Shown piece after piece: positions 54,910 through 64,000 of a stretch of 64,000 nucleotides of DNA. The notes below the pieces were generated by a model, which ran no database searches, was not told where the DNA came from, and saw nothing but the letters and a program-made list of their open reading frames with translations. The stretch spans positions 86,746-150,745 of the forward strand of contig CAVZUV010000008.1 of NCBI GenBank assembly GCA_963778575.1. Reading direction: 5' to 3'. Each line of letters opens with the position of its first letter. Position 1 is the first letter of the stretch. The translations under genes and the position numbers were made by a program. The DNA comes from an uncultured delta proteobacterium. GTDB lineage: Bacteria > Desulfobacterota > Desulfobacteria > Desulfobacterales > UBA11574.

Positions 54910-55761
54910 ATGGCAATAATCACCATTTCTCGAGGGAGTTTCAGCCACGGTCAGGAGATTGCTGAAAAGACGGCTGAAATGCTGGGGTACGAATGTGTGA
55001 GCAGAGAGATTCTGGTGGAGGCCGCGCAGCTTTTTAATGTTTCGGAAAAAAAACTGATTCGATCCCTCAATGACGCGCCCAACATTCTCGAACGGATAGT
55101 CCGCGGCAAAGAACGGTATCTCGAATTTATCAAGGCCGCACTTTTGGAATATGCCAGGAAAGGGAATGTGATCTATCACGGCCATGCCGGCCATCTTTTG
55201 CTGACCGAGATCCCCCAGGTCCTCAAAATAAGGATCATCGCCGATAAAGACGACCGGATCAAATTGTTGCAAAAACGGGAAAGCGTCACAAAAGAAACGG
55301 CAGCCGAGATCATTGAAAATGAGGATAAAAATCGAATCCACTGGACCCGGTATCTATACAAGACCGATATCCATGATCCCAAACTTTATGATATTGTAAT
55401 TAATATCGGAAACTTGACAATTGAAGACGCCTGTGAAATTATTTGTCTTGCGGCACGGAGCAAGACCTACCGAACGACCGATGAATCGAAACAAATCGTG
55501 GAAGATTTTGCCGTTGCGAGTCGGCTGCGGGCGGCCCTGCAACCGGTATGTGACGTCGACATTTTTGTAAAAAACGGGGATGTTCATGTTACGGTCGCGG
55601 CACAGAAAAGAAAAAAATCCGGCTATATCAGTCCGGCATTGCAGCGACATCTCGGCGAAGCCTATCAGGAGGATTTAACCCGGCAGATTACCGAAATTGC
55701 GCGCAACATCCCCGGCGTCAACAATGTATTCTGCCAAATCGCAATGCCCTACTATACCTGA
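54910..55761 (+). CDS. cytidylate kinase-like protein with a C-terminal BON-like domain
   Basis: MAIITISRGSFSHGQEIAEKTAEMLGYECVSREIL is cmk-like. The C-terminus has DVDIFVKNGDVHVTVAA...NIPGVNNV. Confidence 0.6.
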   Translation: MAIITISRGSFSHGQEIAEKTAEMLGYECVSREILVEAAQLFNVSEKKLIRSLNDAPNILERIVRGKERYLEFIKAALLEYARKGNVIYHGHAGHLLLTEIPQVLKIRIIADKDDRIKLLQKRESVTKETAAEIIENEDKNRIHWTRYLYKTDIHDPKLYDIVINIGNLTIEDACEIICLAARSKTYRTTDESKQIVEDFAVASRLRAALQPVCDVDIFVKNGDVHVTVAAQKRKKSGYISPALQRHLGEAYQEDLTRQITEIARNIPGVNNVFCQIAMPYYT

Positions 55762-55808
55762 TAACCTCTGTTCCCGGCATCAGATCCGGCACCCCATCAT
55801 ATGCGAAG

Positions 55809-57236
55809 ATGAAAATCAGCATCAGAGGGAAAATTTTTTTAGCTTTTGTCATCTTTATCTCCATCAGTGGCTTGATATGGGCACGCAGTTATTACAGCCA
55901 GTATATTCTAAATCAGAAGATCCAGATTATCGAAAGAAAGTACGACCTTTTAAACGCCATTCTTGAAGCCCGCCGGTACGAGAAAAACTACTTTCTATCC
56001 TTTGATAAAAAGAACATCATCGAAACGCTGAACTATGTCCGCCGTGCAGAGGATATCCTTCGCGATATATTGACCCGATACTCAAAATACACTCTGGCCC
56101 AAAACCTCGATGAAAGAATCGCCGAACTGGTGACCTACAAGAATTCCCTCGCCAATCTTTTGAAACTCCAAGAACAAGGGCAATTAATGGTCTCCCCGAA
56201 TACCATTGAACGCATCCGTACCCAGGGTAGAATTCTGACCAGCGAGCTGGAAAAAATCGTTACAAAAGAGAGCCAATTCATCCGAAACCTGATCGGAAAA
56301 TCACAGACGATCCATCTTTTGGCGCTGATCCCCGTGTTTATCCTTTCTGTTTTAATTGCCCTCTTTTTGATTTTCAATGTCAACCGTCCGCTGAAAACCA
56401 TTGAAAACGCCATTACCAAGATTGCCAGAGGAGATTTTAATAATATCCCGGAAATCAAAACCGGGGATGAATTTGAATCTCTGGTGACCAGTCTCAACAA
56501 TATGATCGATGAGCTGAACCAGCGGAGCAAGCAGCTCGTACAGGCTCAGAAGCTGGCTTCCCTGGGAAGACTGACGTCAGGTGTGGCGCATGAACTGAAC
56601 AATCCTCTCAACAATATTTCCACCTCCCTTCAAATCCTTATCGAGGAACTGGCGGAAAACGATCTGGAATATAAAAAAGAACTGCTGGTCGGCGCTGAAA
56701 AAGAGGTGGAACGGGGTAAAGAAATCGTTCGATCGTTGTTAGAGTTCGCCAGGGAGCGGTCTTTGAGCTTGAAACAGGTGGCTTTTAAGGATTTGGTGGA
56801 CAGCGCCATTTCTCAAGTTCGATCACAAATACCGGATAATATACATTTTAATATCGATGTGCCCGAAGATATCCGGGCCACTTTGGGGCCGCAGCGAATA
56901 GAACGGGTGTTGATCAATCTTATCGTCAATGCCGTGCACGCCATGAAAAACGGAGGAGATATTGCTATCAGGGCCAAAAATGAACGGGACAAAAATGGAT
57001 TTTCTTTCCAGGTGATCGACACGGGCGAAGGCATTGATGAAAAAATCATTTCAAAAATTTTCGATCCTTTTTTTACCACAAAAGGCGTCGGCAAGGGCTC
57101 GGGACTGGGGCTTTCCATTGTTTACGGCATCATAGAGCAGCATGACGGCAAGATATCCGTTTCCAGCGAAATCGGCAAAGGAACGACATTTACCTGTTTT
57201 CTGCCGTATCATCAACCCGGACAGCGGCGATTGTAA
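55809..57236 (+). CDS. sensor histidine kinase (TM - helical sensor - HAMP - HisKA - HATPase)
   Basis: H-box AHELNNPLNNIS, HAMP (NRPLKTIENAITKIARGDF) and GSGLGLSIVYGIIEQHDG. Confidence 0.9.
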   Translation: MKISIRGKIFLAFVIFISISGLIWARSYYSQYILNQKIQIIERKYDLLNAILEARRYEKNYFLSFDKKNIIETLNYVRRAEDILRDILTRYSKYTLAQNLDERIAELVTYKNSLANLLKLQEQGQLMVSPNTIERIRTQGRILTSELEKIVTKESQFIRNLIGKSQTIHLLALIPVFILSVLIALFLIFNVNRPLKTIENAITKIARGDFNNIPEIKTGDEFESLVTSLNNMIDELNQRSKQLVQAQKLASLGRLTSGVAHELNNPLNNISTSLQILIEELAENDLEYKKELLVGAEKEVERGKEIVRSLLEFARERSLSLKQVAFKDLVDSAISQVRSQIPDNIHFNIDVPEDIRATLGPQRIERVLINLIVNAVHAMKNGGDIAIRAKNERDKNGFSFQVIDTGEGIDEKIISKIFDPFFTTKGVGKGSGLGLSIVYGIIEQHDGKISVSSEIGKGTTFTCFLPYHQPGQRRL

Positions 57237-57246
57237 AAGGATAAGT

Positions 57247-58617
57247 GTGGATAAAAACAAAGCGATAATTCTGGTTGTTGAAGACGAAGATATTGCAAGA
57301 AAGAACCTCGAACATATTCTGATCAAAGCCGGCTACGATGTCGTTGCCGTAAACAACGGCCAAAAGGCGATGGACTTGCTTCAGTCACAAAATTTCGATC
57401 TTGTGATTACCGATCTGAAAATGGACAAAGTGGACGGCATGCAGGTGCTGCATAAAACAAAGGAACTTCAGCCTTACACCGAAGTTATCATGATCACCGG
57501 CTTTGCCACCATTGAAACCTCGGTTCAGGCCATGCATGACGGCGCTTATTATTATATCGCCAAACCCTATAACATCGGAGAAGTTCGCCAAATTACCAAA
57601 GAGGCGCTGTTAAAGCGGCGGCTTCGTCTGGAAAACATTGAACTCAAAGAAATACTCAAAAAACAGCAAAAGATTTCATCCATTGTCGGTCAAAGCAAGA
57701 TCATGATGGAAGTTCAGAAAACCCTTCAACAGATCGCCCCTTCGGATATCAATGTGTTGATACTTGGCGAAAGCGGCACCGGCAAGGAACTGGTCGCCCG
57801 ATCCATCCACCGGTTCAGTCCCCGTTCAGAGAAGGAATTCGTTGCATTTAACTGCGGTTCGTTTACGGAAGAACTCATGGCCAATGAGCTGTTCGGTCAT
57901 GAAAAGGATGCGTTCACCGGCGCTTCAAAGGCAAAGGCGGGGTTGATCAAGACAGCCGACGGCGGGACCGTCTTTCTGGATGAGATCGGAGATATGCCGC
58001 TGAGCATGCAGGTGAAGCTATTGCGCGTCATTCAGGAAAAAGAGATCTTACCGGTGGGCGGCGAAACACCGGTTCCAGTGGATGTTCGCTTTATTGCGGC
58101 CACCCATCGCGAGCTCAAGGAGGATGTGGAAAAGGGGCATTTTCGACAGGATTTGTTTTACCGGTTGAATGTCATCACCATAAAACTTCCTTCCCTCACG
58201 GAGCGGAACGGCGATATTCCGCTTCTGGCGTATCACTTTTTGTTTCAAAAGAACAAGGACATGAACAAAGATGTTCAATTGATTCAAAAAGATTGTATGG
58301 AATTACTTTGCCAGTACGGCTGGCCGGGAAATATCAGAGAGCTGGAGAATGTCATCGAACGAGCGGTCGCGCTGGCGAACGGTCCGGAAATAACCGTCAA
58401 CGAACTGCCGGAATACATCAGCAATCTTTCCATTGAAACCTATCGCCGGCATGATCAAGAGGTGCCGACCCTTGAGGAACAGGAGAAAAATTACATTAAA
58501 TGGGTCCTCGATAAATGCGAGGGAAATAAAACCAGAGCGGCGAAAATAATGGGCATCGACCGGGTTTCCCTGTGGCGCAAAATAAAAAGATTCGGCCTGG
58601 AACCTGAAGGCGACTGA
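57247..58617 (+). CDS. NtrC-family sigma-54-dependent response regulator (REC - AAA+ - Fis-type HTH)
   Basis: GTG 57247 after an AAAGGA RBS, 11 nt past the kinase stop. LVITDLKMDKVDG, GESGTGKE, the sigma-54 contact loop GHEKDAFTGA, and the HTH TRAAKIMGIDRVSLWRKIKRFGL. Confidence 0.9.
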   Translation: MDKNKAIILVVEDEDIARKNLEHILIKAGYDVVAVNNGQKAMDLLQSQNFDLVITDLKMDKVDGMQVLHKTKELQPYTEVIMITGFATIETSVQAMHDGAYYYIAKPYNIGEVRQITKEALLKRRLRLENIELKEILKKQQKISSIVGQSKIMMEVQKTLQQIAPSDINVLILGESGTGKELVARSIHRFSPRSEKEFVAFNCGSFTEELMANELFGHEKDAFTGASKAKAGLIKTADGGTVFLDEIGDMPLSMQVKLLRVIQEKEILPVGGETPVPVDVRFIAATHRELKEDVEKGHFRQDLFYRLNVITIKLPSLTERNGDIPLLAYHFLFQKNKDMNKDVQLIQKDCMELLCQYGWPGNIRELENVIERAVALANGPEITVNELPEYISNLSIETYRRHDQEVPTLEEQEKNYIKWVLDKCEGNKTRAAKIMGIDRVSLWRKIKRFGLEPEGD

Positions 58618-58940
58618 CGCCATTATTTTTTACATTGAAAACATAGTCTTCCGGTCCGGGTCAGAGAGTTATGGCTCTGCCTGGAGAATCGATGGAAGAG
58701 TTTGAAGTGAACTAAAGTTTAAAGTGAGTCCCGCCTCGGCGGGATTAAGGAATTCTTCCGGTTATATAAAACCAGTGGAGCGACACGCGGCGCAAGCGCC
58801 TGCGCTGCGCGAGCGACTCAATAATTTTAGGCACTTTTAACTTGTACGCTTTAAGCAAAACAGACCTTTTTAGGGGTTATATCAAAGACTGATCATCTGT
58901 GCCGAGATTTTTACACCATACGGGATCCGGAGGCGACCAT

Positions 58941-60362
58941 ATGAAACAGCTTGGAAATTTGTTTGATAGGATTATCGGCCGCATTAATGTCAACCTGCGT
59001 GATTTCGGATTTGATGCCGCTGCTTTTATTCGAGGCATCATCCCCTTGAAACGGCTGCTTCAATTAAATGCATTTTTAGGCATGACACACCAGCACCCGA
59101 TTCATTTTCGTTTTCGCAGTTCAAGCCTTGCCGGAAGTTATTTTTTAGGAAAATGCTTGGTGGATCACGCCGTACTCTACAAGAGCGATGTCCGAGGAGA
59201 TGAACTGAAAGGCAAAGGAGATCAATTTAAGATTCAGGGGCTTGAAATTCCTGTTCATGACGATGAAGTCATTCGGATCAAAGACGCCATTTTGGTTAAA
59301 ACGTTGGTTCACTGTTATTCTCATGATCCTGAATTTTTAGAAGAGTTATGCATCCAAAATACGGCATCCATGCCGTATGCCAATATTCACGGTTCTTCCA
59401 TAGAAGGATGTTTTCTGGGACCATTTAGCACCGTGGATCTGACCACACTCCATGACTCCGTTATCGGGGCATTCTCATATGTGCAGGTCGGCGAACTTTC
59501 TCATTATCGTGTGAAACCCGGTACCGTCTGGATCAAATCAGGGGATGATTTTGAATTTCATTACGCTTTTTCCCGAAAAACGCTAAAGAAATATATCGCC
59601 GAAGAATCGGACATTATACCCGGGGGGCTGTTCATGGATTTCATGGATACCCGAAAAAACGATTTTCAAAAACTTTTTGACCTTCTTCCCTATAAGGCGC
59701 CGCTTTCAGTTCCTCGAAACGCATCTTTGAATCGTTATGCCCTGGTTAATGGGCAAAACCATATCGGTGAAAACGTCCTGGTGGTTCAAAGGGCGCATCT
59801 GGGGAATGCCTGGCTGGGCAAAGGATCAAATGTTCAGGAAAACTGTTACATCATCAATTCCCGGCTTGAAGGCAATAATGTGACGGCCCATGGTGCCAAA
59901 ATTATCCATGCAAAACTGGGGAGAAATGTTTTTGTCGGGTTTAACTCCTTTTTAAGGGGGAAATCGGAATCTTCACTCGAAATCGGTGAAGCGTGTATTG
60001 TTATGCCCCATACCATCATTGATCTTGATGAACCTTTAATCATTCCGGCGCAACATCTGGTGTGGGGGCATATCAAAAATGCAAAGGATCTTCAAGAAAA
60101 CACCGTTTCCATCGGGGAACTTTCAAAAGTCAAAGAAAAATTGACGCTGAAAGCCATGACGTTTCAGGGTTCCGGTTCCAAATTTATTCAGGCTTTTAAA
60201 CATCGGATCGAGCATATTCTGGAAACCAACGGCGCTTTTTATGACGGCAGGAATAACAAGGGGCATGCCCAGAAAAAACAGTATATCTCATATCATATCG
60301 TCCAACCTTACCGTAAAGGACCGAAAAAGGGGTTTTATCCTTCCATAGAAATTCGGTCTTAA
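58941..60362 (+). CDS. hypothetical protein with left-handed beta-helix (hexapeptide-repeat-like) segments
   Basis: ATG 58941 after a GGAGG RBS. Repetitive segments such as IGENVLVVQRAHLGNAWLGKGSNVQENCYIINSRLEGNNVTAHGAKIIHAKLGRNVFVGFNSFL. Confidence 0.5.
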   Translation: MKQLGNLFDRIIGRINVNLRDFGFDAAAFIRGIIPLKRLLQLNAFLGMTHQHPIHFRFRSSSLAGSYFLGKCLVDHAVLYKSDVRGDELKGKGDQFKIQGLEIPVHDDEVIRIKDAILVKTLVHCYSHDPEFLEELCIQNTASMPYANIHGSSIEGCFLGPFSTVDLTTLHDSVIGAFSYVQVGELSHYRVKPGTVWIKSGDDFEFHYAFSRKTLKKYIAEESDIIPGGLFMDFMDTRKNDFQKLFDLLPYKAPLSVPRNASLNRYALVNGQNHIGENVLVVQRAHLGNAWLGKGSNVQENCYIINSRLEGNNVTAHGAKIIHAKLGRNVFVGFNSFLRGKSESSLEIGEACIVMPHTIIDLDEPLIIPAQHLVWGHIKNAKDLQENTVSIGELSKVKEKLTLKAMTFQGSGSKFIQAFKHRIEHILETNGAFYDGRNNKGHAQKKQYISYHIVQPYRKGPKKGFYPSIEIRS

Positions 60363-60413
60363 AACAGTAGGGGGGGAAAATAATTGAGGGATGTTTTTCC
60401 AAACAGCCGCTTC

Positions 60414-60455
60414 ATGGATAATCTTTTTTTAAACCGCATGATCTCGCGGCAAGGG
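60414..60455. repeat. solo half-copy of the 30760 element
   Basis: ATGGATAATCTTTTTTTAAACCGCATGATCTCGCGGCAAGGG compared with 30760..30802, differing by one T in the T-run and one substitution. Both loci continue with CTCAAATAA. Confidence 0.6.
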
Positions 60456-60464
60456 CTCAAATAA

Positions 60465-61466
60465 CTAGCTTTTGATGAGTAAATAAAGAATATACCCGAC
60501 ATAGCAGAAAAGAAGCAACACGCCGTCCCGGCGCGACACGATGGTTGTTTTTCTCATCATCAGCCACGGCAAAAAGCTGACAAACATCATGAAAAGATAA
60601 TCGATCAACAGGCCGCTTTGAACAAAACCGCCGGGAATGGATATGGGTTTTACCATGGAGGCGGCCCCGAGAACGCTGAGGATGTTGAAGACATTGCTTC
60701 CCACAAGATTGCCGATGCTGATGTCCGATTCTTTTTTCATGGCGGCGATGGCGGAAGTGGCAAGTTCAGGAAGGGACGTCCCCAGTGCTACGATGGTCAG
60801 GCCGATAAATTTTTCACTGACGCCGAATGCCTTCATGATGGCCACCGCTGAATCAATGAGAATCTCGGCACCGATAACGACAGCGACGATTCCAGTTATG
60901 ATACACGCCACTTGCCGGGTTCGGGAAGCGATATATTCGATGCCATCGGCAACATGCACGAATGCAACACTTTCATCATGGATTTTATGTCGGGTTTCCT
61001 TGACGGCGATATAATAATTGAAACCGGTATACAAGACGATACCCGCCAAAAGGGAGGCGCCTTCAAGCCTTCCGATTTTCGAATTCAGCGAAATCAGCAA
61101 AAGATATAACGATACGCCGAGCATTATCGGTATATCCCGCCTGAATACGGACCGGTTGCCCCTGATCGGTTGTATCAATGCCGAAATGCCGAGCACCAGC
61201 GTAATGTTGCAAATGTTGCTCCCGATGACATTTCCAACGGCGATCATGCTTTTGCCTTTAATCGAAGAAACGACACTCACCACCAGTTCCGGAGCGGAAG
61301 TCCCGAATGCCACGACGGTCAGGCCGATAACAAGGGGGGTCAAACCCATACTTCGCGCCAGACTCGACGATCCTTTGACCAGCCAGCCGGCGCCGAAATA
61401 GAGCATTAAAAATCCGACAATAAATAAGAGCAACTGAAGTATCATAGGGCACGCTTCGCAGTCCAT
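60465..61466 (-). CDS. Ca2+/Na+ antiporter (CaCA family, YrbG-like)
   Basis: Two alpha-repeats, GNVIGSNICNITLVLG and GNLVGSNVFNILSVLG. The start may be the internal Met at 61445. Confidence 0.85.
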   Translation of the reverse strand: MDCEACPMILQLLLFIVGFLMLYFGAGWLVKGSSSLARSMGLTPLVIGLTVVAFGTSAPELVVSVVSSIKGKSMIAVGNVIGSNICNITLVLGISALIQPIRGNRSVFRRDIPIMLGVSLYLLLISLNSKIGRLEGASLLAGIVLYTGFNYYIAVKETRHKIHDESVAFVHVADGIEYIASRTRQVACIITGIVAVVIGAEILIDSAVAIMKAFGVSEKFIGLTIVALGTSLPELATSAIAAMKKESDISIGNLVGSNVFNILSVLGAASMVKPISIPGGFVQSGLLIDYLFMMFVSFLPWLMMRKTTIVSRRDGVLLLFCYVGYILYLLIKS

Positions 61467-61615
61467 TCTTCAAATGTTTTCAACCGTATCAAACTTATAT
61501 GACAAATGTAAACGCTATTTCTTTAAGATGAATCGGCTTGTGAAAAAAGGTTGCATAAAAGTATTAAATTTAGTTAAAATCTTTTCGATTTTATTCGTTT
61601 GGGAGAACCATTCAT

Positions 61616-62485
61616 ATGCACTATGAAGGAAATATCATTCGACCGCCCAGTGAAGCCAACAGTATTCTTCTGCAGGTTACCGTGGGGTGCTCCCGGAACA
61701 AATGCACATTCTGCGGTGCGTACAAAGGAGAACGGTTTCGCATAAAAGCGGATGCGGTCATCATGGACGATATCGCTTTTGCGGCGGCTCATTGCCAAAG
61801 ACAGCGTCGCCTGTTTTTATGCGACGGAGATGCCCTCATCGTTCCCCAAAAAAGGCTTCTGAGTATCCTGCAGGAAATCAAACGGCAGCTTCCCTGGGTC
61901 ACCCGCGTGGGTGCATACGCCAATTGCAAAAGCCTGAAAATGAAAACCCTGGAAGAGCTTCAAACACTTAAAGCGCACGGCCTTGGCATCCTCTATATGG
62001 GCCTTGAAACCGGAGACGACATTACTTTGAAACAGATCAACAAAGGCGCTACATCCCAAGAAATGATCCAAATGGGCAAAAAAGTAAAGACCTCAGGGAT
62101 CAAGCTTTCCATTACCGTACTTCTGGGGATTGCCGGTCCTTTGCGGTCGAATATTCATGCCCGTGAAACCGGACGGGTCCTTACCGCCATCGATCCGGAT
62201 TATATCGGCGCGCTGACCCTGATGCTCATTCCGGGCACACCATTATACCGGGACTTTAAAAATGGAGAATTTCCCGTGCTGAAAGCGGATGAAATGCTAA
62301 AGGAACTCAAGGCCATGATTGATGCCACGGAACTTTCAAGTGGGCTTTTCCATGCCAACCATGCATCAAATTATCTTCCCATTAAGGCAAGACTGCCCAA
62401 AGACAAACAAAAGACATTACGTCTTATTGATGAGGCCCTGACGGGCAAGATAGCCCTGAAGCCTGAATTTTTGCGAGCGTTGTAA
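61616..62485 (+). CDS. radical SAM protein
   Basis: CSRNKCTFCGAY, the CxxxCxxC cluster motif, near the N-terminus. 289 aa. Confidence 0.75.
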   Translation: MHYEGNIIRPPSEANSILLQVTVGCSRNKCTFCGAYKGERFRIKADAVIMDDIAFAAAHCQRQRRLFLCDGDALIVPQKRLLSILQEIKRQLPWVTRVGAYANCKSLKMKTLEELQTLKAHGLGILYMGLETGDDITLKQINKGATSQEMIQMGKKVKTSGIKLSITVLLGIAGPLRSNIHARETGRVLTAIDPDYIGALTLMLIPGTPLYRDFKNGEFPVLKADEMLKELKAMIDATELSSGLFHANHASNYLPIKARLPKDKQKTLRLIDEALTGKIALKPEFLRAL

Positions 62486-62529
62486 TTCGAATATACCACT
62501 CACCATATGTTAAAAAAAGGAGAAATGAA

Positions 62530-64000
62530 TGAGGACTGAAGGTCTGGCAGAAAACTTGATAAGCGTCGACGATTTGTGTATCAATACCATCCGCGGCCTT
62601 TCAATGGATGCGGTTCAAAAAGCCAATTCCGGTCATCCAGGCGCGCCCATGGGGCTCGCGCCAGCCGCCTATGTCCTATGGACACGGATAATGAAACATA
62701 ATCCTTTAAATCCCGGATGGCTCGACAGGGATCGGTTCATACTTTCGGCCGGACATGCCTCCATGCTCCTTTACAGCCTGCTTCATCTTTCAGGATATGC
62801 CGTTAGTCTCGATGATATTAAAAATTTTCGTCAATGGGGCAGTAACACGCCCGGCCACCCCGAATTCGGGCATACACCGGGGGTGGAAACCACCACCGGA
62901 CCGCTGGGGCAGGGCTTTGCCAATGCCGTGGGCATGGCCATGGCGGAACGCCACCTTGCCGCACGGTTTAACCGTCCCGGACACGAGATCGTCGACCATT
63001 ACACGTACATGATCTGCGGCGACGGCGATATGATGGAGGGCATTTCTTCAGAGGCGGCGTCCCTTGCCGGCCATTTGGGACTCGGTAAATTGATCTGCAT
63101 CTACGACGACAACCGTATCTCCATCGAAGGTCCTACGGCGATCACCTTTTCGGAAGATGTCGCCCTTCGATTCAAGGCGTATCAATGGCACGTTATAAGC
63201 GTTGACGACGGCAACGATATCCAGGCCGTTTATAACGCCGTCCAGACCGCCAAAGCGCACACGCAGCAGCCGTCTTTGATCGTTCTTCGCACATATATCG
63301 CCTGCGGAAGTCCCAACATGCAAAATACCGCCGGCGCCCACGGAGCACCGTTGGGTGAAGAAGAGGTCCGTCTGACCAAAAAATGTCTCGGCATGCCTGA
63401 AGATGCCTTTTTTCACGTTCCTGAAGCGGTATCGAATCATTTCAGACAGTGTATTGACGACGGAAGCAACGCCGAAGACAGATGGCAGGAAAAATTCAAG
63501 GCTTATAGTAAAAAATATCCGGAGATGACCCAAAAATGGGTGGATGCCATGAGTGGTTTTCTTACCACCGGATGGGATAAAGACATCCCGGTATTTAGCG
63601 TTTCCGATGGACCTGTGGCTACGCGGGCGGCATCCGGAAAAGTCTTAAATGCCATTGCCCCGAATCTTCCCACATTGATCGGCGGCAGCGCGGATCTGGC
63701 TCCTTCGAACAAAACCTATTTGAATGAATCCCGTGAATTTCAAAAAGATACCTACGACGGGCGCAACATCCGTTTCGGTGTTCGGGAACACGCCATGGGA
63801 GGCATCATGTCCGGCATGTTTCTTCACCACGGGCTCCGGCCTTACGGTGGAACATTTCTCGTTTTTTCGGACTATCTACGGCCGTCCCTGCGCGTGGCCG
63901 CCATTATGAAGATTCCATTGATATACGTCTTCACCCACGACTCCATCGCAGTTGGCGAAGACGGTCCCACGCACCAGCCCGTAGAACATCTGGCCGGTTT
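62530..64000 (+). CDS. tkt: transketolase, 3' end outside window (absent from the ORF track because no stop lies in the window)
   Basis: [50 protein letters not shown]...[12 protein letters not shown]...CGDGDMMEG...[14 protein letters not shown]. Confidence 0.9.

Noticed and set aside
58629-58650. TTTACATTGAAAAC just after the NtrC-type gene, resembling the start of the element
   Set aside because: There is no NGACA block and no -24/-12 box 100-122 nt downstream on either strand.
1-64000. Search for CRISPR arrays, tRNA or rRNA genes, transposases, integrases, phage genes, or toxin-antitoxin and restriction-type defence genes
   Set aside because: None was recognisable. No regularly spaced direct repeats, no tRNA-like T-arm motifs in the spacers, and no ORF with recombinase, nuclease or methylase signatures were seen.

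Overview
This 64 kb window is a chromosomal segment that looks deltaproteobacterial, probably from a sulfate reducer (Desulfobacterales-like). That guess rests only on gene content: a Na+-translocating decarboxylase operon, many sigma-54 promoters, many Usp genes and many two-component genes. About 60 genes are supported. There are no rRNA or tRNA genes, no CRISPR array, and no transposase, integrase or phage genes.

Gene content:
- Glycogen module: two stand-alone CBM48 proteins, alpha-glucan phosphorylase and a GlgA-like synthase.
- Six Usp or Usp-like genes.
- Two paralogous TauE/SafE-like permease plus partner membrane protein pairs; one permease has a 1-nt frameshift.
- CPA2 antiporter, DASS/SLC13 permease and CaCA antiporter.
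- Pat-like acyl-CoA synthetase/GNAT fusion with a CBS protein.
- CoA-transferase and dodecin.
- PEP-utilising phosphotransferase-like protein, porin and GNAT.
- A Lon protease with an inserted receiver domain.
- Four-gene Na+-decarboxylase operon (carboxyltransferase, beta, gamma-like, biotin carrier).
- Five histidine kinases, many receiver proteins and one NtrC-type sigma-54 activator.
- A radical SAM protein and the 5' part of transketolase.

Strongest non-coding signal: an oriented 26-nt element (TTTACA-N3-T-GTAAAAA-N4-NGACA) occurs six times. Each copy lies upstream of a sigma-54 -24/-12 box, at 121-122 nt in five cases and 100 nt in one. Four of these promoters also have an IHF-like site at -39. 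Together they define a putative stress or energy-reserve regulon of Usp, glycogen, TauE-like, Pat, CoA-transferase and cmk-like genes.

Other items:
- The REC-Lon fusion, whose receiver closely resembles that of the local NtrC-type regulator.
- A three-gene set sharing a TFAEAGE peptide motif.
- A 1022-aa orphan membrane protein behind a sigma-54 promoter.
- Three families of repeated structured intergenic elements.
- Several short ORFs below the ORF-track cutoff.

All homology calls are motif recognition by eye. No searches or computations were run.
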